From an uncultured Pirellulaceae bacterium (lineage in GTDB: Bacteria; Planctomycetota; Planctomycetia; Pirellulales; Pirellulaceae): a DNA stretch of 64,000 nucleotides. The notes under the pieces were generated by a model. It worked only from the letters and a program-made list of their open reading frames with translations, did no database searches and was not told the origin of the DNA. The stretch covers positions 3,956 through 67,955 of the forward strand of contig CAYPXY010000020.1 in the NCBI GenBank assembly GCA_964414815.1, in the 5' to 3' direction. How positions within the stretch are numbered: position 1 is the stretch's first letter; every line of letters begins with the position of its first letter. The position numbers and the translations under genes are program-made. Of this stretch, positions 28,111-37,827 are shown in pieces.

Positions 28111-28386
28111 CCGTTCACGGGAAATGAAACCGTTTAGCCGCAAGCCGTCGGGGGTTGCTGCCAGAAAGTTCGCTAATACCGAGATCGCTCCATCAGCAAC
28201 CCCCAAAGGCGCGCCGGCCACCGGGTTGCGGCTATTTATGGAGTGCGGGACTTTTGTACCGCTTTGGATATTTGGATTTCATCGGTGGTCGAAACCGTCG
28301 CAAACCATAGAAACAATAGCGGTACAAGAGTCCCGCACTCCATAGAGGCTCCATAGCGGCTAAACGGTTTCATTTTCCGTGAACGG
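28111..28386. repeat. Family-3 nested palindromic element, ~275 bp. Outer arms CCGTTCACGGGAAATGAAACCGTTTAGCCGC / GCGGCTAAACGGTTTCATTTTCCGTGAACGG. Inner hairpins at 28239-28342 and about 28150-28205
   Basis: Inverted repeats read directly. The core TACCGAGATCGCTCCATCAGCAACCCCCAAAGGCGCGCC is shared with 30300-30345. Confidence 0.85.
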
Positions 28387-28474
28387 TTACCAAAATTGTC
28401 TCCATCGCATAGGCCGCGTATCCGATGTAGAATGAGCGGGAATTACCGACTAACTTTTTGAAACTCAACTTTCC

Positions 28475-30103
28475 ATGTCAACTCGAACACGATTTTTGCT
28501 GGTTTTTACGCTGATCACCGTCTTGATCGGAAACGGCCCGTTTCAATCGCCTGCCCTGGCCGATGATTCCTTCGAGTTCAAGGCGATGACCTGGAATATC
28601 TGGCGCGGTGGTCGGGAAGACGGCAAAGACATCGGACCCGCACGCGTGATAGAGGTGATTCGCGAGAGCAAGGCGGACATCATCGCAATGCAGGAAACCT
28701 ATGGATCAGGCGAACTCATCGCCAAGGAGCTTGGGTTTCACTTTCAACCGCGAGGAACCAATGTTTCGATCTTCAGCCGGTTTCCGATTGTCGAAGATAT
28801 TTCTGTCTTTGAAGAGTTCAAGTGCGTCGGGGCCATCGTACAACTTCCGAACGACCAGCAAATTGCTTTCTATTCGATCTGGCTTCCCTACGCAAAAGAA
28901 ATCTGGGAGGAAGGCACCCGCAAACCTGACGATGTGGATTCCTGGTTGGCGGCCTGTGCTCCATCGGCGGTCGATTTGAAAGTCATTCGGGACGCCATTG
29001 ATGAAAGGCTCAGTGATTCGAAGTACAGCGGGATTCCGGTGATGATTGCGGGTGATTTCAATTCGATGTCCCACCTGGACTACACGTCCGTTGCCAGATC
29101 GGAGTATGGCGGGATTGTCCAATGGCCGACCAGTCAAGTAATGACCGACCATGGATATCGCGATACCTGGCGAGAATTGCATCCCACCATTGATCGGGCC
29201 AAGGATCGAACCTGGACGCCTCGATTTCCCAAGCAGGAGCAGGATCGAATTGATTTCATTTATTATCGCGGGGATCGGCTCGAAGCCATCGATTCCTCCC
29301 TGATGGATCAACACGCCGAGCTGTTTCCTTCCGATCATGCGGCGCTGCTGGCGACCTTTCGTTGTCAAAAAACGCCTGCCTCCAGTGATTCATCTGAGTT
29401 GAAGGTGCTCTGCTACAACATCCGGCGCTGTCTCGGAACAGACAACAAAACCGATACGCAGCGAACGATCGACGCGATAGCCAAGTACGGCGACCTTGAT
29501 TTCATTGGGCTTCAGGAAGTCGATGTCGAATGTCAGCGAAGTGGTTCGATCAATCAACCACGTGAATTTGGAGCGGCATTGAACATGCACTCCTCGTTTG
29601 GCAGCTTTTTCGAATTGCAGGGTGGAAGATACGGTCTGGCGATTCTCTCGAAGCACCCGATTTACCGAGCCGAGGAAGTTGTACTGCCAGAGGGAAATGA
29701 GCGTCGCGTAGCCTTGGCTGCGGAAGTCCGGCTCCCAAGCGGAGAACGAATACTGGTGGTCAATGTTCACTTTGATTGGGTCCAAGACGACCAATTTCGC
29801 TTTGCACAAGCATCGGAACTTCGCAAATACCTGTCGGAGCAAAAGCTGCCCTATGTTTTGTTGGGCGATTTCAATGACACGCCTGAATCGAGAACCTTGG
29901 CGCTATTTCAGGACGACTTGCTGGCCGCTAAAAAACCGGAGACGGATCGATTCACATTCTCTTCGGAGCATCCTCGGGTGGAAATCGATTTCATTTTTGC
30001 TTCGCCAACGTCGCGTTGGGAGTTCCAAGAAGTGAAAGTAGGCGATGATTCAGTAACGTCCGATCACCGCCCCGTTTTCGCAAGGTTAACTCTATCGAAG
30101 TAA
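28475..30103 (+). CDS. Secreted protein with two tandem endonuclease/exonuclease/phosphatase (EEP) domains
   Basis: Signal peptide. Each half ends with the EEP catalytic motif ('FPSDHAAL', 'VTSDHRPV') and each starts with 'MTWNIW'/'LCYNIR'. Confidence 0.8.
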   Translation: MSTRTRFLLVFTLITVLIGNGPFQSPALADDSFEFKAMTWNIWRGGREDGKDIGPARVIEVIRESKADIIAMQETYGSGELIAKELGFHFQPRGTNVSIFSRFPIVEDISVFEEFKCVGAIVQLPNDQQIAFYSIWLPYAKEIWEEGTRKPDDVDSWLAACAPSAVDLKVIRDAIDERLSDSKYSGIPVMIAGDFNSMSHLDYTSVARSEYGGIVQWPTSQVMTDHGYRDTWRELHPTIDRAKDRTWTPRFPKQEQDRIDFIYYRGDRLEAIDSSLMDQHAELFPSDHAALLATFRCQKTPASSDSSELKVLCYNIRRCLGTDNKTDTQRTIDAIAKYGDLDFIGLQEVDVECQRSGSINQPREFGAALNMHSSFGSFFELQGGRYGLAILSKHPIYRAEEVVLPEGNERRVALAAEVRLPSGERILVVNVHFDWVQDDQFRFAQASELRKYLSEQKLPYVLLGDFNDTPESRTLALFQDDLLAAKKPETDRFTFSSEHPRVEIDFIFASPTSRWEFQEVKVGDDSVTSDHRPVFARLTLSK

Positions 30104-30106
30104 GTG

Positions 30107-30510
30107 GCGTTTAGCCGCAAGCCGGAGCCGACCGCCAATCGTTTGCAGCTACAGCAAGAAGCCGATCCATCAATGATTGAAGCTGGAAGATCGAGTGATG
30201 GTCGGCGCAGGCGCGTCGGGTAGGGGCAATCTCCATAACCAACCTGTCAGCCAATCAATTACATGCAAAACCTAGGAAAGGTACCAAAAACGTGTGGTAA
30301 TACCGAAATCACTCCATCAGCAATCCCCAAAGGCGCGCGGGGCACCAGGTTGGAGGTATTTTATTGGTAGGCAGGTTGATTGCGGAGGCGGCACGCTGCC
30401 GGCGCGCCTGCGCCGACCACCTCTCGATTTTCCCGAATCCATCATTGGCGAATTGGATACGTAGGGTAACTGCAAACCACTTGCGGTCGGCTTCGGCTTG
30501 CGGCTAAACG
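30107..30510. repeat. Family-3 long imperfect palindrome, ~400 bp. Arms GTTTAGCCGCAAGCCGGAGCCGACCGCC...TTTGCAG / CTGCAAA...GGCGGTCGGCTTCGGCTTGCGGCTAAAC
   Basis: Read directly. Internal GGTCGGCGCAGGCGCG / CGCGCCTGCGCCGACC arms are shared with 46125. Confidence 0.85.
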
Positions 30511-30557
30511 AAAACATAGACAGTGTCTCCACGAATGCCACTAACCCTCCGATTCCA

Positions 30558-31955
30558 CTAATCCTCCGGCAGCGGTTTGCCTTTCGTCTCCGGCAGGAAG
30601 AGGATCGCCACGATGCCCAACAGGAAAATGATGCTCATGTACGACGCCGCATTGCGGAAGGCGTCGACCTTGATTTCTGCGGTGGCTCCGGTGGGCACGA
30701 GCGCCTTTTGCAATGCGCCGAGTGTCAAGGGACCGGTCGCAGCAATAAATCGACCGACGTTGTAACAAAAACTGGTGCCGGTGCTGCGCAGCCGTGTCGG
30801 AAACAACTCCGGTAAATAGATTGCAAAACCTGCAAACAGGGCAAACTGGCAGGCTCCCATCAAGGCCGACATCCAGATATCGCCGATACCACTGAACCGC
30901 TGGAAGAAGAAAATCGTGGCCAGCATTGCAACGGTCGGTGCCAAGATAAAAGAAAGCTTTCGTCCGAGCCGCTGCGCGACCCAGGCAAAACCAAGCATTC
31001 CAAAAAAGCCACCAATATTTTGACAGATCGAATTAATCCCGACCCATTTACTTCGCTCTGCTGAAATCTGTGATTCCTCAACGCCCCGTTCTCGCAGTGA
31101 ATTTTCGATTACGTCGCCGACCAATTCGGGAGCAAAAAAGCCGATCCCCCATAACCCGATAATGCCCGAAATGCACAGCAACATCCCCATCAAGGCATGT
31201 CTTCGCCAGCGTGCGTCGCTGAAGAGCGATGTATAAGACCCGAATTTGGCGCCCGTCAATCGGCCTGCTTCGCGGGCTCTGACCCATTTCTCAGGTTCCT
31301 TCAATCGGTACTGAATGAAAACGCAAAGGAAGGCGGGAATTGCTCCAATGAGAAACATGTATTTCCATTGCGAACCGGCTTCAATCGTTCCATTGGTAAT
31401 CAGCCGCCCCATCCACATACTGATCAGTCCGGCCGTAATGTTTCCGACTGCGGAAAGAGCTTGCAGCAACCCGAGTGCACCGGATCGCGATTGGTCTGGA
31501 AGGCTGTCTGCCACCAAGGCAACCGCCAGTCCGAACACGCCGCCGACGCCCAGTCCTGTCAGAAAGCGATAAATCGCAAAGTCGATCCAGCCAACCGAAA
31601 ACGCTGACAGCCCCGTACACAATGAATAGATCAGAACCGTGAGCGTCAATGTTTTGGCTCTTCCGATCCGGTCGCCGATGGCACCAAAGAGCAAGCCGCC
31701 TGTCGCCCAGCCACACATAAAAATCGACGTCGCATAACCGGCAAATTGTTTGATGACGGGGCCATCCGTTTCCATCGGAAGCAGCGCCGTCAGTGCATCG
31801 TTGCGAGCCAACAGGAAAATCTGCTGGTCGAGGCAATCAAACAACCAGGCCAGCGCAGCCATCGCAAAAACAAACCAATGGTAGCCGCTAAGGTGTTTCC
31901 ACCAAGGACCGGTTGAGAGATGTGGGGCAGTCTGAGAGTCGGAATTCATCGTCAT
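30558..31955 (-). CDS. MFS transporter
   Basis: About 12 hydrophobic segments and 'GDRIGRAKTL' (MFS loop 2-3 motif). Confidence 0.9.
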   Translation of the reverse strand: MTMNSDSQTAPHLSTGPWWKHLSGYHWFVFAMAALAWLFDCLDQQIFLLARNDALTALLPMETDGPVIKQFAGYATSIFMCGWATGGLLFGAIGDRIGRAKTLTLTVLIYSLCTGLSAFSVGWIDFAIYRFLTGLGVGGVFGLAVALVADSLPDQSRSGALGLLQALSAVGNITAGLISMWMGRLITNGTIEAGSQWKYMFLIGAIPAFLCVFIQYRLKEPEKWVRAREAGRLTGAKFGSYTSLFSDARWRRHALMGMLLCISGIIGLWGIGFFAPELVGDVIENSLRERGVEESQISAERSKWVGINSICQNIGGFFGMLGFAWVAQRLGRKLSFILAPTVAMLATIFFFQRFSGIGDIWMSALMGACQFALFAGFAIYLPELFPTRLRSTGTSFCYNVGRFIAATGPLTLGALQKALVPTGATAEIKVDAFRNAASYMSIIFLLGIVAILFLPETKGKPLPED

Positions 31956-32073
31956 TGCTTTCCATTGAGTTACTGGGGAGGCCGTAATCTCGCCTTAACA
32001 ACAAGAAAGACATTGTAGTGCTTCGTTCGCTCGGTGTTGACCCTACTGCCAGATTTGCCTGGACTGGATTCTT

Positions 32074-33066
32074 CTACCTGAACCGAGTGCGAAATTCACT
32101 TGGAGGCATCCCGATTCGTTTCGAAAAAGTCGTTGTAAGATGGCTGTGGCTGGAAAAACCAGTATGCAGGGCAATGGCTGTGATATCGTCGCGCGTATGC
32201 AGCAATCGCCATTGGGCTTGCCGCAACCTCTGCGTCAACAAGTACTGCGCTGGCGTGGTTCCGAATGCTTTGCGAAAAGCGATTAGTAAATGATGAGTGG
32301 TCATTTCCACGAACTCCGCCAGGCCTTGCAAGGTGATCCGCTCGCCCAGTCGATTCAAAACGTATTCCTGTAACGCCTGAGTTTGTGCCGATGTCAACGC
32401 GGGCAGTTTTGTATCTTGATCGCGATCGAGCCTCACGCCGGCCTGGCAAGTCAAGATCGCTCGCCCCGCGATGGATTCGGCTAGCGTCGCTCCCGCCAAA
32501 CCTGAACCATCGTCACCCGCCATCGCTATTTGCACCAACCGCCTTGTTTGCTCAAACAGGGTATCGTCACGAGTTCCTGCCAAGGGGTGTGCCAATCGGT
32601 TGGCGAGGCGGTGCTGCGGTCTTTCAAGTGTATTGAAGGTCGAGGGCGAAATGGTCAAAACCGCGTACTGAATGAAATCGCCAACCGCCGAACTGACATA
32701 GCGGCTACCGGCCGGGATGCTCCAGATTTCGCCAGCGACGGCAGGCCCGCAACGGTTGCATCTGCCGTCCAGCTCCGTTTCCAGGAAATCCATCCGTCCC
32801 TCCAAATGGACGATCACAACGTGGTTGTCTTCATGCACTTGCCAGTCGGTCCGCTTTGAAATGTCTTGACCGACGACCTGAAGTTGCAATCCGCACCACG
32901 AAAATCGGCGGTCGAGTTGCCTGACTAAATGACTGCCAGAAATAGCAGGATCGTCCATGGTTTGAGGCACTCGCATAAAAACAGAATGAAAAAATGGATT
33001 AAATGATCTGGATTCGGGACTCTCGGAGAATTTGGAAGCCTTGGAAACTGGAATATGGTATCCCAT
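32074..33066 (-). CDS. AraC-family transcriptional regulator with a cupin-like N-terminal domain. The start is uncertain, with internal Met candidates at 32976 and 32958
   Basis: C-terminal double HTH 'LQGLAEFVEMTTHHLLIAFRKAFGTTP...IALHTGFSSHSHLTTTFSKRIGMPPSEFR'. Confidence 0.85.
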   Translation of the reverse strand: MGYHIPVSKASKFSESPESRSFNPFFHSVFMRVPQTMDDPAISGSHLVRQLDRRFSWCGLQLQVVGQDISKRTDWQVHEDNHVVIVHLEGRMDFLETELDGRCNRCGPAVAGEIWSIPAGSRYVSSAVGDFIQYAVLTISPSTFNTLERPQHRLANRLAHPLAGTRDDTLFEQTRRLVQIAMAGDDGSGLAGATLAESIAGRAILTCQAGVRLDRDQDTKLPALTSAQTQALQEYVLNRLGERITLQGLAEFVEMTTHHLLIAFRKAFGTTPAQYLLTQRLRQAQWRLLHTRDDITAIALHTGFSSHSHLTTTFSKRIGMPPSEFRTRFR

Positions 33067-33159
33067 GACATTCTGAAATACAACAAAGGCGGACCGTTGA
33101 CACTGATTGTTCAGTAGTCATCCGTCCCACCCCCTCCAACCCATCAAGGAAAACAAAAA

Positions 33160-33918
33160 ATGAGTCAACACACCATCGAAGGAAAGACTGTACTGATTGC
33201 GGGCGGAGCCAAGAATCTGGGAGGATTGATCGCCCGAGATTTGGCGGCGTCCGGAGCGGCGGCAATCGTCGTCCACTACAACAGCGATGCAACGCGCGGT
33301 GCCGCAGAAGAAACACTGTCCGCTGTAAAAAGCGCAGGAGCCAAAGGGATTGTGGTGCAAGGCGATTTGACTCAAGTTGCGGCATGTCAGGATCTGTTCA
33401 AACAGGCCGTCGACCAGTTTGGCGCACTGGATGTAGCGATCAACACGGCTGGCATGGTGCTGAAAAAGCCTTTGCTGGAAACCACCGAAGCGGAATTCGA
33501 CCAGATGTTTGCCGTGAATACCAAGGCCGCGTTCTTTTTCCTGCAGGAAGCTGCTAAACACTCCAATGATGGCGGGAAGATTTGTACCATTGTAACCTCG
33601 TTGCTGGGAGCTTTCACCGGATTGTATTCCACTTATGCGGGAGCCAAGGCCGCCGTCGATCATTTCACCCGCGCCGCCGCGAAAGAACTTGGTCCGCGCG
33701 GTATTTCAGTAACGGCCGTCGCGCCAGGGCCGATGGACACGCCCTTTTTCTATGGACAGGAATCGCCTGAAGCCGTTGCCTACCATCAATCGGCATCTGC
33801 GTTGGGGGGCCTGACCGACCTCAAAGACATCGTACCGCTGGTCAAGTTCCTGATCACGGATGGCTGGTGGATCACGGGCCAAACCATCTTTGCCAACGGT
33901 GGCTATACCACTCGGTAA
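33160..33918 (+). CDS. SDR-family oxidoreductase
   Basis: 'IAGGAKNLGG' cofactor motif and 'YAGAKAA' (YxxxK). Confidence 0.9.
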   Translation: MSQHTIEGKTVLIAGGAKNLGGLIARDLAASGAAAIVVHYNSDATRGAAEETLSAVKSAGAKGIVVQGDLTQVAACQDLFKQAVDQFGALDVAINTAGMVLKKPLLETTEAEFDQMFAVNTKAAFFFLQEAAKHSNDGGKICTIVTSLLGAFTGLYSTYAGAKAAVDHFTRAAAKELGPRGISVTAVAPGPMDTPFFYGQESPEAVAYHQSASALGGLTDLKDIVPLVKFLITDGWWITGQTIFANGGYTTR

Positions 33919-34000
33919 ACGCCCATACTGTTCGGGTGATTTTCGTATGATAAGATGAGAATCGTTGTTTACCGATGTTAACCCGTTGAACAGGAAATAC

Positions 34001-34867
34001 ATGATGATAAAACAAGCTGGCTGGTTGGGATGTCGTTTTCTTTTGGTTGCCCTGGTTTGTAGTGGAACTGGCTGGATTTGCACGCCGGCGGTTTCTGCTC
34101 AATCGACCGAAAAGGAGAACGATGTGATTGAGGGAGACACGGCCGAAGTGGTCGATGCGGAGGAGCGAGTGTTGCAGCTCGTTGCTGGAGACGGCAAATA
34201 CAAAATCAAAATCGATACTTTGGCGGCGCCGGAATTGACCGATTGGGCACGGGATGAGTTGGCTCCAGTCGTGGTGGAGTGGTATCCCAAGATCGTCGAG
34301 TTATTGCCGAGTGACGGCTACTCAGCTCCTGACACGTTCTCGATTACATTCAGCCCCGAATTCAGTGGTGTCGCGTTCGCATCCGGGAGACGAATCAGTG
34401 GTGCAGCCACTTGGTTCGCAAAAAATCTGAAAGGAGAAGCCAAGGGCGCGATTGTTCATGAAATGGTTCATGTCGTTCAGCAGTACGGCTCCGCACGACG
34501 AGGCAACCGTCAAGCAACTCGCCCTCCTGGATGGTTGACGGAAGGAATTGCGGATTACGTCCGGTGGTTTTTGTACGAACCGGAATCCGGTGGTGCGAAG
34601 TTGACGACCAGAAGCCTACCTCGGGCACGACACGATGCCAGCTACCGGGTCAGCGCCAACTTTCTCGATTGGTTGGTGGCCAATCACGATCCTGAGTTTG
34701 TCCGAAAGCTGAACGCTGAGATTCGTCAGGGAACGTGGCGAGATGAAATTTGGGAAGAGCTGAGCGGAAAGTCGGTGGTCGAGCTGGAGAGAGACTGGAA
34801 ACAGGCCCGGGCCAAGGAACTGGGAATCGACAGCAGCGAGTCTTCTGACTCCGATACCGAAAATTAG
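34001..34867 (+). CDS. Secreted basic-secretory-protein-like (BSP/PF04450-type) putative metallopeptidase
   Basis: 'HEMVHVVQ' zinc motif and 'GIADYVRW', with a signal peptide. The start is set at 'MMIKQAG'. Confidence 0.7.
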   Translation: MMIKQAGWLGCRFLLVALVCSGTGWICTPAVSAQSTEKENDVIEGDTAEVVDAEERVLQLVAGDGKYKIKIDTLAAPELTDWARDELAPVVVEWYPKIVELLPSDGYSAPDTFSITFSPEFSGVAFASGRRISGAATWFAKNLKGEAKGAIVHEMVHVVQQYGSARRGNRQATRPPGWLTEGIADYVRWFLYEPESGGAKLTTRSLPRARHDASYRVSANFLDWLVANHDPEFVRKLNAEIRQGTWRDEIWEELSGKSVVELERDWKQARAKELGIDSSESSDSDTEN

Positions 34868-34938
34868 GCGTGAACCGTGGGGTAGGCTTCCAGCCTGCCT
34901 TGGTAGTTTCGGCAGGCTGGAAGCCTACCCCACGAACC
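34868..34938. repeat. Perfect 23-bp-stem hairpin element (GTGGGGTAGGCTTCCAGCCTGCC / GGCAGGCTGGAAGCCTACCCCAC) between convergent genes, flanked by a 20-nt direct repeat (34847-34866 and 34939-34958)
   Basis: Read directly. Confidence 0.9.
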
Positions 34939-34955
34939 GACTCTGATACCGAAAA

Positions 34956-35747
34956 TTAATACGACATATATCGCAGCAGGTTCCGGATCGGCTCGCCATC
35001 AATGTAGGCCTTGGGCTGACCGAGAATTCCTTGGCCGATGTACGTTCCGGGCGGCAGGTTGCGAAGGCTCAGCAGCGGTGAATAGTTCGTTCGATTTGCC
35101 GGAGCCAAGGTTGGGTTGTTCCATGTTTGCGGCACGCCGTAGTACCCGGCCGCTGGATCAACGGGTGCATATTGAGGCACGCCATAGGTGACCGACGGTT
35201 GCGGTGCGCTGAGCGAGGGAGTTCCAATGATGGCCGGCGCCGAGGTACCAACACCGGTTCCCGATTGGACGGGCGAGTAATTGGGAACGGGATACGTTGT
35301 GGTCGTCGTGCCACCCACGCAGGTCGGGCAGTTTTGAGCGATCGTGTAGGGTTGGTTTGGCTGGTAGAAACTGGTTGGCTGATAGGGCTGATTCCCGAGC
35401 GGTGCCAATCCGAGGGTGTTGGTAGGCCGAGTCCCGGCAAACGCGTAGTTGGGTTGTTGGGTGGGATAGGCATAGCCGGGGGTAGTTGCAGGAGGACTGC
35501 TTGACCACTGGCCTGCATAGACCGTTCGGGGCTGATAGCCGACGGTCGGTGTGTGGCTGTAGCGAACAGGAAGCTGCGCAATCGTGGTTGTCTGAATGCC
35601 CTGATTCGGTGTTGCCTGACTCATGACCGCTCCGCCACCCGGGAGTGGAGAGCTGGATCGAATGTACTCTTGGCCGTTTCCTGTTTGTGCCGGGACCGGC
35701 GAAGCAAGGAGAGCAAGAACAATCAGGGTGGTCGAGATTCGATACAT
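34956..35747 (-). CDS. Secreted low-complexity P/Q/T/Y/G-rich protein
   Basis: Signal-like 'MYRISTTLIVLALLASPVPAQ', strongly biased composition, and an ordered C-terminal tail 'GQPKAYIDGEPIRNLLRYMSY'. Confidence 0.5.
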   Translation of the reverse strand: MYRISTTLIVLALLASPVPAQTGNGQEYIRSSSPLPGGGAVMSQATPNQGIQTTTIAQLPVRYSHTPTVGYQPRTVYAGQWSSSPPATTPGYAYPTQQPNYAFAGTRPTNTLGLAPLGNQPYQPTSFYQPNQPYTIAQNCPTCVGGTTTTTYPVPNYSPVQSGTGVGTSAPAIIGTPSLSAPQPSVTYGVPQYAPVDPAAGYYGVPQTWNNPTLAPANRTNYSPLLSLRNLPPGTYIGQGILGQPKAYIDGEPIRNLLRYMSY

Positions 35748-35882
35748 AAAGTTGAGCCGCTGGTTAAACAAAGTTCGCAGAATGATCTACATTATAAGTA
35801 GCAAAGTCAACCAGGTGACTCAATGTTCGTAGCGCTTCGAGCTGCATTCATCTGCAGCTAGCAAGCATCAATCATACCGTAC

Positions 35883-36770
35883 TCAGAACTCGAATAGGAC
35901 TGTCTCTCCTGCACTTTTGGTGCCCAGGGCCTGCATCGTTGCTTCATCGATGCTGTAGGGAATCAAGTGAACCGACCCATCGGCCAAGCCAAAATGGGCG
36001 CCTGATGGATGATAACTCCAGAAATGGAGTGTGTCACATTGTTCGTTGCGACCGGGACCGAAGCGATAGGGCCCGGGAGGACAATTTTCCAGATGCGACA
36101 AGGATGGGTTCACTTCAGCCACACCCAGCGTGACATCAAGCATGGTGCCGCTAGCATACCATCCTCCATACCAGAAGTCGGCAGAGGGCGGTCGTTCCCC
36201 AATCATCAGTGTGTTCGACTGCCCATCGGTAATCTCAGCCAGAAAAGTCGGTCGACCATAAGTGAAAACTCCATCTCGAGTTGTATGGTTCGTTCCGCTG
36301 ATCCCCAGATAATTGGTGCAGGCAACGAAATGGTCTTGATGAGTCCAATGGGCCTGGCCAGATACCGGATCGCTGGGACAGCCCAGTAGAGGCAATACCG
36401 TACTCAACCCACGATGTAGTTGAGGTACAAACACGAACGGATCGTGTTGTTGATAGTCTTCGATGGCCTGATTCCATACCGATGACTGTTCCATAAACGG
36501 CAAGGTCCGGGTGATCCAGGTCATAAGGAAATAAGGTCTGTTGTTTGACACGCCAACCGGTAAATGCCCATGGGTCGATTCATAGCTCATCAAGGCCAAC
36601 GACAACTGACGAACCTGATTCGAGCACGTTGTGCGGCGTCCGGCCTCACGAACCATTTGTACCGCTGGCAACAGCATGGTAGTTAGAATCCCAATGATGC
36701 CGATGACGACCAACAGTTCGATCAATGTAAAACCCAACCTGGGTGTTCTGAATCGCAGTCTTCGTGTCAT
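35883..36770 (-). CDS. DUF1559 protein with a prepilin-type N-terminal cleavage/methylation domain
   Basis: 'GFTLIELLVVIGIIGIL' and the C-terminal H-X9-DG-like 'HPSGAHFGLADGSVH'. The start is set at 'MTRRLRF'. Confidence 0.9.
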   Translation of the reverse strand: MTRRLRFRTPRLGFTLIELLVVIGIIGILTTMLLPAVQMVREAGRRTTCSNQVRQLSLALMSYESTHGHLPVGVSNNRPYFLMTWITRTLPFMEQSSVWNQAIEDYQQHDPFVFVPQLHRGLSTVLPLLGCPSDPVSGQAHWTHQDHFVACTNYLGISGTNHTTRDGVFTYGRPTFLAEITDGQSNTLMIGERPPSADFWYGGWYASGTMLDVTLGVAEVNPSLSHLENCPPGPYRFGPGRNEQCDTLHFWSYHPSGAHFGLADGSVHLIPYSIDEATMQALGTKSAGETVLFEF

Positions 36771-36858
36771 TTCTTCACCTTTGCATTCGATCTTAATCGC
36801 AACCGTTTCCACCCGCATCCGCATTGATTTGTTTTGTGGGAGAATCTGTGAAGCCATT

Positions 36859-37827
36859 TTAGGATCGCTGGCTGTGGCGCCAGTAAAGGAACAAACCCAT
36901 TGCCAGGATACCGACTGCAATTCCAACCGTCAATTTTTTTGAGAAACGGGTTGGTACTATAGGCTCTGGTAACCCATAAAAATCCAAGTAACACTCTTGT
37001 TGGTCGGGGATCCGGGGAACGGCGTCGAACTCTCTTTCATAAACGTTGCGAGATCCCGCGCCTGGACTACCTTCGGGAATCGCAGCCGCCTCGGTTTGCC
37101 AAAGCGGATATCCTTCAAACTGAATCCATTTAGAGAATTCCTTGGTTCTGGTGGTTTCTGGATATTCAATGTGAACAAACTCAGGAAAAAAACCATTTTC
37201 CCTCGACACGGTGATTTTAACCGTTTTGATTTTCTCATCTACATTTTTAAAGGTCAATTCAAATCGTTGTGCGCCATCGATGGAATCGAGATCGATCGCG
37301 GACCGTTCCGAGCAGTTGCGTAACTTCTGGACGGGCACAAAATCAAACAAGGTTCCCCACGCCCAATTTCTTATGGGTTTTGTAAGTTCTTCGTACTGTG
37401 GTTCGGTGTAGATCGCGACGGTGTCAACGTACCAGTTTCCATCAGGCTTTTTTCGGATCGTGGCGGCATATCCAGGGTTCATCAGCGACTTAATCTGATC
37501 TTCCGGGAACAAGCCGCCTTCGCTTGGCAAAATATGGGTGGTACTCACGCCATATCTTCCGTCCGTTTGAAGGGTCCAACGCATCGTCAGATTGGTGGGG
37601 GACGGTGGAAACTGCTTAGAAGTTATTTGAACCCCGCCGACTTTGGAAAAGTCCTGTTGGCATTTTGTCCAGGAATCAAAAGCGGCATCAAAATCAAAAC
37701 TCTCGAACGCCACCGGCCTTTGGGCTTGAGCCACCCTGCAACTGAATACAGCACACAAGAAAATCAGGAAGCAAAGACCGGGGTCTACATTCCAGCATGT
37801 GCTGGACGAACGTGCTTGAATTCCCAT
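36859..37827 (-). CDS. Hypothetical protein with an N-terminal signal and a C-terminal transmembrane anchor
   Basis: 'LCFLIFLCAVFSCRVAQAQ' at the N-terminus and 'LTVGIAVGILAMGLFLYW' near the C-terminus. No recognised domain. Confidence 0.5.
   Translation of the reverse strand: MGIQARSSSTCWNVDPGLCFLIFLCAVFSCRVAQAQRPVAFESFDFDAAFDSWTKCQQDFSKVGGVQITSKQFPPSPTNLTMRWTLQTDGRYGVSTTHILPSEGGLFPEDQIKSLMNPGYAATIRKKPDGNWYVDTVAIYTEPQYEELTKPIRNWAWGTLFDFVPVQKLRNCSERSAIDLDSIDGAQRFELTFKNVDEKIKTVKITVSRENGFFPEFVHIEYPETTRTKEFSKWIQFEGYPLWQTEAAAIPEGSPGAGSRNVYEREFDAVPRIPDQQECYLDFYGLPEPIVPTRFSKKLTVGIAVGILAMGLFLYWRHSQRS

Noticed and set aside
28070-28345. A 91-aa plus-strand ORF inside the family-3 palindrome. Similar short ORFs lie in 30317-30541 and 30498-30815.
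   Set aside because: They lie wholly within nested inverted repeats and have no coding signature. The same sequence is open on both strands because of the palindromy.
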